Assembly: GCA_900315155.1 (NCBI GenBank)
Contig: OMYB01000005.1
Coordinates: 11,284 to 75,283 of the forward strand
DNA from: an uncultured Selenomonadales bacterium
Lineage (GTDB): Bacteria > Bacillota > Negativicutes > Selenomonadales > Selenomonadaceae
Direction: 5' to 3'
Length of the DNA stretch: 64,000 bases
Every line of letters starts with the position of its first letter. The stretch's first letter is position 1. A program made the position numbers and the translations under genes. Below are positions 27,705-34,900 of the stretch, piece by piece. Under the pieces are notes generated by a model. That model was not told where the DNA came from. It saw only the letters and a program-made list of their open reading frames with translations, and searched no databases.

Positions 27705-28667
27705 TCAGAACAGGACCTTTGCGAGGTGCATGTACTCCGGATCGAGCTTTTTCTTGTTGTTGACGGCATCATGCAGGCCGATCGAGACGACGCGGCCCTT
27801 GCTGAAGCCGAAGACGATATCGGACAGGCCGGAGATGATGGCCAAGGCGGCCTTCTCGCCGAGCTGGCTGGCGCGCACGCGGTCGATGACAGAAGGCGAC
27901 CCCCCACGCTGGATATGGCCGAGAACGGAAACACGCGTATCGAGCTTCGTCTTCTCCGCGATGTATTTGCCGATTTCCTGACCGGAGCCAGCACCCTCTG
28001 CGACGACCATCATGATGTAGCGTTTGCCCTTCTTGTAGGCTTCGGACATATCGTTGCAGATTGCATCGAGGTCATACGGCTCCTCCGGGACGAGGATATA
28101 CTCCGCGCCGCCCGAGATGCCGGAAACCATAGCGAGCCAGCCGCTGTGATGCCCCATGACCTCGAGCACGATGACGCGGCGGTGCGCCGAAGCCGTATCG
28201 CGCAGCTTGTTGATCGCGTCGATGATCGTGTTGGCGGCCGTATCGCAGCCGATCGTGTAGTCGGAGCCCCAGACATCGTTATCGATCGTGCCCGGCAGGC
28301 CGACGATCGGCATGCCCGTCTCTTTCGAGAGCAGGGACGCACCGCGCAGGGAACCGTCACCGCCGATGACGACGAGACCTTCGATGCCGCGGTCGCGCAG
28401 ATTCTTGTAGCCGAGCTGACGGCCCTCCGGCGTCTTCCAGCGGGCGCAGCGGGCCGTCCCCAGGAACGTGCCGCCGCGCTGGATGATGTCGCTGACGTCC
28501 TTCGACTCCATCTCGAACATATCCTCATCGAGCAGGCCATGGTAGCCGTTGTTGATGCCCCAGACCTTGACGCCCTCGTAGAGAGCCGTGCGGACGACGG
28601 CGCGTGCCGCCGCGTTCATGCCCGGGCTGTCGCCGCCGCTGGTCATGACTGCAATACTTTTCAGCAT
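27705..28667 (-). CDS. pfkA: ATP-dependent 6-phosphofructokinase
   Basis: 320 aa: MLKSIAVMTSGGDSPGMNAA, GGDGS, PGTIDND, MGH.SG. Confidence 0.92.
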   Translation of the reverse strand: MLKSIAVMTSGGDSPGMNAAARAVVRTALYEGVKVWGINNGYHGLLDEDMFEMESKDVSDIIQRGGTFLGTARCARWKTPEGRQLGYKNLRDRGIEGLVVIGGDGSLRGASLLSKETGMPIVGLPGTIDNDVWGSDYTIGCDTAANTIIDAINKLRDTASAHRRVIVLEVMGHHSGWLAMVSGISGGAEYILVPEEPYDLDAICNDMSEAYKKGKRYIMMVVAEGAGSGQEIGKYIAEKTKLDTRVSVLGHIQRGGSPSVIDRVRASQLGEKAALAIISGLSDIVFGFSKGRVVSIGLHDAVNNKKKLDPEYMHLAKVLF

Positions 28668-28860
28668 GGTGAAATCCCCCTTGTATTGTACAGAAGCCCC
28701 TCCTTCATAGGAGAAAAGCTCATCATCTACCCATACCCTTTAATCATAGCATATTTCGCGGAAAGAATACAGATTTCTGGCAGAAATTCCGCAAGAAGGA
28801 CCGCAAGTGGAAACACCGGTCCTATCGTCTGCTTTTCGTCAACCAAAGGGATACATTTTG

Positions 28861-28889
28861 TTGACAAACACCTGGAATCCCGCTATAGT
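28861..28889 (+). promoter_or_regulatory. Promoter TTGACA-17-TATAGT upstream of bioB
   Basis: ttgaca aacacctggaatcccgc tatagt, followed by the direct repeat tggtaacc/tggtaaacc. Confidence 0.5.
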
Positions 28890-28949
28890 GGTAACCATGA
28901 AGATGGTAAACCACTTCGTCCATATTGCATAACAAAGGAGCCGATCATC

Positions 28950-29966
28950 ATGGCTGATATAGAAAAGAACCTCTCCCGCTGCGTGGACGAAATCCTCGCG
29001 GGACGCCGCCTGGGCCGAAAGGACGACCTGACCTTCCTGCTCACGACGCCCCTCCCCCTCCTGCAGGAGGGAGCCGGCCGCCTGCAAAAGCATTTCTGCG
29101 GTAACCACATCGATTTCTGCACAATCATCAACGGGCGCAGCGGACGCTGCGGCGAGAACTGCAAATACTGCGCACAGGCCGCCTGCCACCACACGGGCAT
29201 CGAGGAGTACGGCTTCCTGCCGAAAGAGGAAATCATCAAAAATGCCCGCGCAAACCAGGAGGCCGGGGCCAACCGCTTCGCCATCGTGACCTCGGGCCGC
29301 GTGCTGAGCGGCAAAGATTTCGACCGCGCCATCGACACGTTCCAGGAGATGAAACGCACGCTCAAAATCGATCTCTGCGCCTCGCTCGGCCTGCTGAGCC
29401 GCGAGCAGCTGCGCCGCCTCCACGACGCCGGTGTCACGAGCTACCACCACAACATCGAGACGAGCCGCCGTTTCTTCCCGCAGATCTGCACGACGCACAC
29501 GTACGACGACCGCATCCGCACGATCCATATGGCACAGGAGGAAGGCTTCTGCGTCTGCTCGGGCGGCATCATCGGCATGGGTGAGACGTGGCAGGACCGC
29601 ATCGACATGGCACTCGACCTGCAGCAGCTCGGCATCGAGTCCATCCCCATCAACGCCCTCATGCCGATCCCCGGCACGCCGCTCGAGGGGCGGGAGCAGC
29701 TGCCGGCAGGCGATATCCTGCGCACGATCGCCCTGTTCCGCTTCATCAATCCGACGGCGAACATCCGCCTCGCCGCCGGGCGCAAGCTCCTGCCGCAGAA
29801 CGGTGCAACGGCGTTCCTCACGGGCGCCTCTGCCTCCATCACGGGCAACATGCTCACGACCTCCGGCACGACGATCCGCGAGGACATGCAGATGCTCGCG
29901 GACCTCGGCCTCACGAACCGCGACGACGATTGCCAGGCCTCCACCGGCACCTGCGGCGCACGGTAA
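28950..29966 (+). CDS. bioB: Biotin synthase (radical SAM)
   Basis: I chose the start at MADIEKN, which has an AAAGGAG RBS. Has the CGENCKYC cluster motif and YHHNIETS. The upstream part of the long ORF 27663.. is antisense to pfkA. Confidence 0.85.
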   Translation: MADIEKNLSRCVDEILAGRRLGRKDDLTFLLTTPLPLLQEGAGRLQKHFCGNHIDFCTIINGRSGRCGENCKYCAQAACHHTGIEEYGFLPKEEIIKNARANQEAGANRFAIVTSGRVLSGKDFDRAIDTFQEMKRTLKIDLCASLGLLSREQLRRLHDAGVTSYHHNIETSRRFFPQICTTHTYDDRIRTIHMAQEEGFCVCSGGIIGMGETWQDRIDMALDLQQLGIESIPINALMPIPGTPLEGREQLPAGDILRTIALFRFINPTANIRLAAGRKLLPQNGATAFLTGASASITGNMLTTSGTTIREDMQMLADLGLTNRDDDCQASTGTCGAR

Positions 29967-29974
29967 ACTTTCCC

Positions 29975-30003
29975 TTGACAAGAGTTTCTCCACATGTTAC
30001 ATT
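29975..30003 (+). promoter_or_regulatory. Promoter TTGACA-17-TACATT driving the ZTP riboswitch and purH-like gene
   Basis: ttgaca agagtttctccacatgt tacatt. Confidence 0.5.
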
Positions 30004-30014
30004 GAGCATAGATA

Positions 30015-30110
30015 TGCTGTGCAACTGACGGAAGTGGATGGACCACAGGGAGCACAGGGAAGAAAAGCCGACCGTCTGGGCATTGCCTGGATTTGTGTCG
30101 GCTTTTTTCG
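30015..30110 (+). promoter_or_regulatory. ZTP (pfl-motif) riboswitch with terminator expression platform
   Basis: P1 is CUGUGC/GCACAG, the junction is ACUGACGG, P2 is GUGG-AUGGA-CCAC, then GGGAG. The 3' subdomain is CCGUCUGGGCA, whose CCGUC pairs with GACGG. The terminator AAAGCCGAC...GUCGGCUUU+U-run overlaps the 3' subdomain. Confidence 0.75.
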
Positions 30111-30140
30111 TTCTCGATGAGGAAAAGGAGCGACGAAAAC

Positions 30141-31322
30141 ATGAATGAACTGGAACTCAAATATGGCTGCAACCCGAACCAGAAACCGGCAAAGGTCTTC
30201 ATGGAGGGCGGCAAAGACCTGCCCTTCACGGTGCTCAACGGGAGGCCTGGCTACATCAACCTGCTCGATGCGATGAACAGCTGGCAGCTCGTCCGTGAGC
30301 TGCGCGCGGCGACGGGTCTCCCGGCTGCGGCTTCGTTCAAGCATGTGAGCCCTGCCGGCGCAGCCGTCGGCCTGCCACTCTCCGATACGATGAAGAGAAT
30401 CTATTTCGTCGATGAGAAGGCGGAATACTCCCCCATCGCCTGCGCCTATATTCGCGCCCGCGGTGCAGACCGCATGAGCTCCTACGGCGATTTCACGGCG
30501 CTCTCGGACGAGTGCGACGCACAGACGGCCGCGTTCCTGAAACATGAGGTCTCCGATGGCGTCATCGCTCCATCCTACTCGGAGGAAGCGCTCGCCATCC
30601 TCAAGACGAAGCGCAAAGGCAATTACCTCATCATCCAGATGGATCCGGACTACGAGCCGGAGCCGGTCGAGACAAAGCAGGTCTTCGGCGTGACGTTCTC
30701 CCAGAAGCGCAACGACGTGAAGATCACGGAGGACTGCCTCACGGATATCCCGACGCAGTGCAAGGCGTTCCCGGAGGATGCGAAACGCAACCTGCTCATC
30801 GCTCTCATCACGCTGAAATACACGCAGTCGAACTCCGTCTGCTACACGTACGACGGCCAGGCCATCGGCATCGGCGCCGGCCAGCAGTCGCGCGTCCACT
30901 GCACGCGTCTCGCGGGCGGCAAAGCCGATAACTGGTTCCTGCGCCAGGCACCGCAGGTCCTGAACCTCCCGTTCCGGGACGACGTCCGCCGCCCGGACCG
31001 TGACAACGCCATCGACGTCTACATCGGCAATGAGTGGCAGGACCTCCTCGAGACCGATGACTGGAAACGTGTCTTCACGGAAAAGCCGCCCGTCTTCACG
31101 GCCGAGGAAAAGGCAGCCTGGCTGAAGAAAGCGGAAAGCGGCGTCTGCCTCGGCTCCGATGCGTTCTTCCCGTTCGGTGATAACATCGAGCGCGCCCACA
31201 AGAGCGGCGTCCAGTACGTCGCCCAGACCGGCGGCTCCATCCGCGACGACAACGTCATCGAGACCGCCGACAAATACGGCATGACGATGGCCATGACCCA
31301 CATCCGCTTGTTCCACCACTAA
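30141..31322 (+). CDS. purH: AICAR formyltransferase (PurH formylation domain only, no MGS-like IMP cyclohydrolase domain)
   Basis: 393 aa: LKYGCNPNQ, FKHVSPAG, QQSRVHCTRLA, and the C-terminus GGSIRDD.VI... Confidence 0.85.
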   Translation: MNELELKYGCNPNQKPAKVFMEGGKDLPFTVLNGRPGYINLLDAMNSWQLVRELRAATGLPAAASFKHVSPAGAAVGLPLSDTMKRIYFVDEKAEYSPIACAYIRARGADRMSSYGDFTALSDECDAQTAAFLKHEVSDGVIAPSYSEEALAILKTKRKGNYLIIQMDPDYEPEPVETKQVFGVTFSQKRNDVKITEDCLTDIPTQCKAFPEDAKRNLLIALITLKYTQSNSVCYTYDGQAIGIGAGQQSRVHCTRLAGGKADNWFLRQAPQVLNLPFRDDVRRPDRDNAIDVYIGNEWQDLLETDDWKRVFTEKPPVFTAEEKAAWLKKAESGVCLGSDAFFPFGDNIERAHKSGVQYVAQTGGSIRDDNVIETADKYGMTMAMTHIRLFHH

Positions 31323-31353
31323 TCCTGGTGATACAACCTATACACACGCAAAT

Positions 31354-31396
31354 AGAGGGAACCCGATTGTTACGGTCGGGTTCCCTCTATTTTTCC
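31354..31396 (+). terminator. Intrinsic terminator after the purH-like gene
   Basis: agagggaacccga...tcgggttccctct followed by atttttcc. Confidence 0.65.
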
Positions 31397-31441
31397 TTTT
31401 ACCAGAAATTCACAGCCTGTTTACAAATCCATCGACAGGCC

Positions 31442-31524
31442 TGTGGATAAGTGGATAAGTTTGTGAATAACTACGGTATTACAGGCCTTATCCACCGTGG
31501 AAAAGTGCATAATCCTGTGGATAA
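31442..31524. promoter_or_regulatory. Cluster of DnaA boxes outside oriC
   Basis: Perfect TGTGGATAA at 31442 and 31516. One-mismatch boxes at 31450 (AGTGGATAA), 31462 (TGTGAATAA) and 31488 (TTATCCACC). Confidence 0.7.
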
Positions 31525-31549
31525 CGTGAATCCTGTTCTTTCTTTTTCC

Positions 31550-32239
31550 TCACAGCGCGATATTCAGCTTGTCCTCGATGATATCCCGGACGCTCTTGCC
31601 TGCGCTGTGTGTGCCAAGCAATTTATTCTTCTGCATATTCTTCAGCACGGTATGATAAATATCGTCCTCAATGGAGCCGGGCACGAGGTTCTCCCAATTC
31701 TGCACGCTGTAAGCCCGTTCCTGGATGGCGTTATCCGGCCGCCCTGTGACTTCCAGTTCACAGAGGAACTGAATCTGCTGCGTTTTCGGCCGCAGGTAGT
31801 AATGCTCTAAATAATACGTCTTATCGGCCTTGTATTGATAGTTCCCCTTAGAATCCTTGGAGCTAGCCTCCAGCTGCGAGGCATCCGGCTCCAGACGCAC
31901 CCAGACATCTACGATGCGCTCCTCGGCCGTATAGGGCATCACCATCCAGCGTGCAGTCTTGCTGTCCATATAGTAATCATAGCCGTTATCGTTAAGCAGG
32001 TACACATATCGCGTTACCTCTTTATCCTTGCGCTGTTTCTGCTTCTGCGGCGTCTCCGAAGTCATGTCGCGCGTTTCCTTGCCCGTGGTAAACCAACGGT
32101 CTGCCGTCGTACTGTCCGAGGTAAAACTATGCCCCGACACACGGCTATCCTTATCGAAATCACCAGAAGCAAAAGTCGGCTGCGCTGCCACCAGCAGCAA
32201 CGCTACCAGCACCCCGCCACATCTGCCGAGAAATCTCAT
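31550..32239 (-). CDS. Secreted hypothetical protein
   Basis: I chose the start at MRFLGRCGGVLVALLLVAAQPTFA-SG (Sec signal). I recognised no family. Confidence 0.6.
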   Translation of the reverse strand: MRFLGRCGGVLVALLLVAAQPTFASGDFDKDSRVSGHSFTSDSTTADRWFTTGKETRDMTSETPQKQKQRKDKEVTRYVYLLNDNGYDYYMDSKTARWMVMPYTAEERIVDVWVRLEPDASQLEASSKDSKGNYQYKADKTYYLEHYYLRPKTQQIQFLCELEVTGRPDNAIQERAYSVQNWENLVPGSIEDDIYHTVLKNMQKNKLLGTHSAGKSVRDIIEDKLNIAL

Positions 32240-32330
32240 ATCTATCACCCCGAATAATCCGTCACAACTCATGTTTCCCTATTCGCTATTCAGCCAAGGT
32301 TCTCCTTTATATTATCGCATGTTTCGAGCA

Positions 32331-32369
32331 TAAAATAAAGGGAGAGACCGCCTCTACCGTCTCTCCCTT
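32331..32369 (-). terminator. Intrinsic terminator after the 32382.. gene
   Basis: Minus strand reads AAGGGAGAGAC...GUCUCUCCCUU followed by UAUUUUA. Confidence 0.55.
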
Positions 32370-32381
32370 CCGTTGATCCAT

Positions 32382-33314
32382 TTAATCCTCACTGACGTCG
32401 ATGTCGTCCATCGCTTCGTTCATCGCGGTATAAATCGCATGCTCATACACCCTGCCCGTACGGGAGCCGTTATGGGAATCTGCCTGCACGGCTATATCGT
32501 TGCGGTACAGATAATCTCCTTTATTCACATCGACGAAACGCACGCGCAGCCAGAGATTCTGGTGGTTTGTGACATTGTTGAACAGTACAAAATTATGCTT
32601 GTCATCACGCCCATTGCCCAAGGACAAGGTCGTCACAAACACATAGTCATAACCGCAGGCCTTGCCAGCCTCTACATAATCCTGACGGCGCATATCCGCC
32701 AAGCCACGCGGCTGGTTGCCGATGACCATGCCATCCACATCCGGTTTATCCGTTCTAGCCTTGACCACATCTGAAGCCTTACCAGCCGTATTCTGATGTC
32801 CGCCTAAAAATCCACCGACACCCTCCAAAATCGCACCTACGGGACCGTTGGGCTGAGAGACACCAGCTCCACTGCCTGGAACCGTGGTAGTCATGGATGC
32901 CGTCGCTTCTTTGCGCATCTCGTAATATTCATCTTCAGCGCGCTGCAAGAGCTTGGTATTGACGTCGTTCCCCTTCATAATGGCGAAATATTCCCGTGGG
33001 AACTTCTCGCGCAGGGCATTGTAAATCTGGTTCTTGACGCGATCCTCTACCACCAGTCCCTCATCGCCGTTGACGATGACTGCGATGCGGGTCCGGCCGT
33101 CCGGCCCTACTGGTGCCTTGTTGCCATAGATCAGATGGTGTGCCCGCGCGTAGATATCCGAAGCCTCATAATCCTTACTCTTCTTCATCTCGCGCTGCGC
33201 CAGACGTGGCACGGGCTGGCTGGAGGCCTCTACGACATTTTCAGGTACAGTTATACCCCCCCGAAGGACAAAATGCCGCAGCAAAAAACGGCCAAAGCAA
33301 ATATCGTCATGCAT
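32382..33314 (-). CDS. Hypothetical protein. It is the body of a secreted protein whose signal-peptide exon (33325..33251) is out of frame at a G7 tract.
   Basis: 310-aa ORF. A separate frame starting at 33325 (RBS GGAAGGGAGAGAG) encodes MWRRCMTIFALAVFCCGILSFGG and stops just after the G7 run. One extra G would fuse the two frames. Confidence 0.6.
   Translation of the reverse strand: MHDDICFGRFLLRHFVLRGGITVPENVVEASSQPVPRLAQREMKKSKDYEASDIYARAHHLIYGNKAPVGPDGRTRIAVIVNGDEGLVVEDRVKNQIYNALREKFPREYFAIMKGNDVNTKLLQRAEDEYYEMRKEATASMTTTVPGSGAGVSQPNGPVGAILEGVGGFLGGHQNTAGKASDVVKARTDKPDVDGMVIGNQPRGLADMRRQDYVEAGKACGYDYVFVTTLSLGNGRDDKHNFVLFNNVTNHQNLWLRVRFVDVNKGDYLYRNDIAVQADSHNGSRTGRVYEHAIYTAMNEAMDDIDVSED
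33256..33262. repeat. Homopolymeric C7/G7 tract at the frameshift point
   Basis: ttataCCCCCCCgaagg, read directly from the sequence. Confidence 0.9.
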
Positions 33315-33456
33315 CTACGCCACATAAAACTCTCTCCCTTCCACATTTATACCTATTGCTACAGTTCGCTACGTGAACCTTTTTTCCTGCTATATAGCCG
33401 AAAAAATGCGTGAAAAGTACAAGTTACGTTGCTCAGCCGCTATTTGGACACAAATA

Positions 33457-33485
33457 ATCCGTCCCTACTCTCGCTCAGGACGGAT
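33457..33485 (-). terminator. Weak terminator-like hairpin at the end of the leader-like region
   Basis: Minus strand reads AUCCGUCC-13 nt-GGACGGAU followed by UAUUUGUGU. The U tract is poor. Confidence 0.35.
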
Positions 33486-33535
33486 CATCTACTTTTTATT
33501 TTGTTGTCCATGTAATCGTTGTTCCATGGCACCAT

Positions 33536-33562
33536 TTACTGGCCCATTGGACTCTCCTCCTT
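33536..33562 (-). repeat. Repeat unit A: AAGGAGGAGAGTCCAATGGGCCAGTAA (SD plus mini-ORF MGQ*)
   Basis: 25/27 identical to unit B. The ATG lies 8 nt after AGGAGG. Confidence 0.6.
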
Positions 33563-33717
33563 TTATTTCGTTACGTGTTTCGTGGCGCTGATGTAAATCT
33601 TCATAGACAAGACTTCTTTCATCAAACGAAACTCGAACGCTCCGTACGACCGCCCCTGGACTGCTAGCGATATCCATCGGCGTGTCTGTCGGATCGTCGC
33701 ACGTGGTCTGGCATTCG

Positions 33718-33744
33718 TTACGGGCCCATCGGACTCTCCTCCTT
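33718..33744 (-). repeat. Repeat unit B: AAGGAGGAGAGTCCGATGGGCCCGTAA (SD plus mini-ORF MGP*)
   Basis: 25/27 identical to unit A, which lies 182 nt downstream on the minus strand. Confidence 0.6.
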
Positions 33745-33818
33745 ATGCTCTGACTCTGTCGGCAAACCAGCTCCGGGATGGGATCCCTGCTCCTCCGGGC
33801 CTCTTCCCTTTGCTTGTC

Positions 33819-33850
33819 ATTATAGTAACACATCCCCGGGCTTCTGTCAA
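33819..33850 (-). promoter_or_regulatory. Candidate promoter TTGACA-17-TACTAT (overlapping TATAAT at 20-nt spacing)
   Basis: Minus strand reads ttgaca gaagcccggggatgtgt tactataat. Confidence 0.45.
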
Positions 33851-33964
33851 GGATTTTATTTTGTTTTCTATTGTATTCTTGTATATTTGCATACAGTAAT
33901 AAAAAATATACGTGAGTACAGGCTCCATAGGTTACACTTATCGTTATTCAGGGTCTTGGCGCAC

Positions 33965-33994
33965 GCAAAAAAATAGGTCAGCTTCATGCTGACC
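33965..33994 (-). terminator. Intrinsic terminator about 190 nt downstream of rsmG
   Basis: Minus strand reads GGUCAGC-AUGAA-GCUGACC followed by UAUUUUUUU. Confidence 0.6.
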
Positions 33995-34180
33995 AGAGGG
34001 ATTGGGATTATGTATTTGATGTAGTGAGAGAAGGAAAGGATTCATATCCTCGCCGGTAGGAAGTGGATTGGGGATTTCCTATCGACAGGTATTATGGTAT
34101 CAGCCGAATCTGAAAAGGACGCGGTACCTTGCTGAAAAGTAACTGAAATCGCGAAATTTCTTTTTGCGAGGCCCCGCATC

Positions 34181-34900
34181 TTATCCAATTATCGGCTTCT
34201 TCGCCGGTGTGCCGGCCTTGCGCGGGTACGTTTTCGGCGTCGGCATCGTCTTGTGGATCTCGACAATGGCGCGTTGGTCCGCGAGCCCCGGCAGGGAGAC
34301 CGTGCGGATCTCCGTGCTGCTGCCGCCCATGACCTTGATGGCCTTCTTTGCCTCGTCGGCCTCCTCCTGATACTGCGCCCCCTTGAGCGCGAGGAAATAC
34401 CCGCCGCGCCGGACAAACGGCATGCAGTACTCGCAGAGGATCGGCAGGCGCGCGACGGCGCGGGAGACGGCGATATCGAACTGCTCGCGGTAGAGGCGGC
34501 TGCGCGCGCCCTCCTCCGCCCGTGCGTGGATGCATTCCACATCGGTGAGGCCGAGTTCCCCGACGACCGTCTGCAGGAACTTCACGCGCTTGTTGAGCGA
34601 ATCCATGAGCGTGAGGTGAATCCCGGGGCAGAAAATCTTGAGCGGAAGCCCCGGAAAGCCCGCGCCCGTTCCCACGTCGATGACGGAGGCCCCGGCGGGG
34701 AAAAGCTCCTCCCGGTACGCCGTGAGCGAATCGATCATGTGCTTGACCGCGACCTCATGCGGCTCTGTGATGGCCGTGAGGTTGATGTTTTCATTCCACG
34801 CGATGAGGAGCTCGTAGTAGCGGTTGAACTGCCCGAGCTGCTGTTCCGTGAGGCTGAGACCATACCCCTCTGCGGCCTGTTTCATTTCGTCGATGAACAT
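34181..34900 (-). CDS. rsmG: 16S rRNA (guanine527-N7)-methyltransferase RsmG (GidB)
   Basis: 239 aa. Has the SAM-binding motif [17 protein letters not shown] and conserved synteny after mnmG. Confidence 0.9.
   Translation of the reverse strand: MFIDEMKQAAEGYGLSLTEQQLGQFNRYYELLIAWNENINLTAITEPHEVAVKHMIDSLTAYREELFPAGASVIDVGTGAGFPGLPLKIFCPGIHLTLMDSLNKRVKFLQTVVGELGLTDVECIHARAEEGARSRLYREQFDIAVSRAVARLPILCEYCMPFVRRGGYFLALKGAQYQEEADEAKKAIKVMGGSSTEIRTVSLPGLADQRAIVEIHKTMPTPKTYPRKAGTPAKKPIIG

Noticed and set aside
27663-28949. N-terminal 429 codons of the long plus-strand ORF 27663..29966
   Set aside because: This part is antisense to pfkA. BioB homology, an RBS and a promoter all point to the internal start at 28950.
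28839-31319. 384-aa and 440-aa minus-strand ORFs (28839..29993 and 29997..31319)
   Set aside because: They are antisense to bioB and the purH-like gene respectively, both of which have clear family motifs.
33489-33833. 114-aa minus-strand ORF as a protein-coding gene
   Set aside because: It has no RBS and an Arg-rich, irregular composition. It spans both repeat units and predicted hairpins, so it is more likely noncoding.
33455-33850. RNase P RNA, because GGAGGAGAGUCCG...UGCCAG resembles GGAGGAAAGUCCGGGC...GUGCCAGG
   Set aside because: The motif occurs twice. The 3' P4 strand (ACAGAAnCCGGCUUA) and the other universally conserved regions are absent. The glycine riboswitch (GGAGAG) was also rejected, because there is no CACCGAAGGGGCAA-type core.
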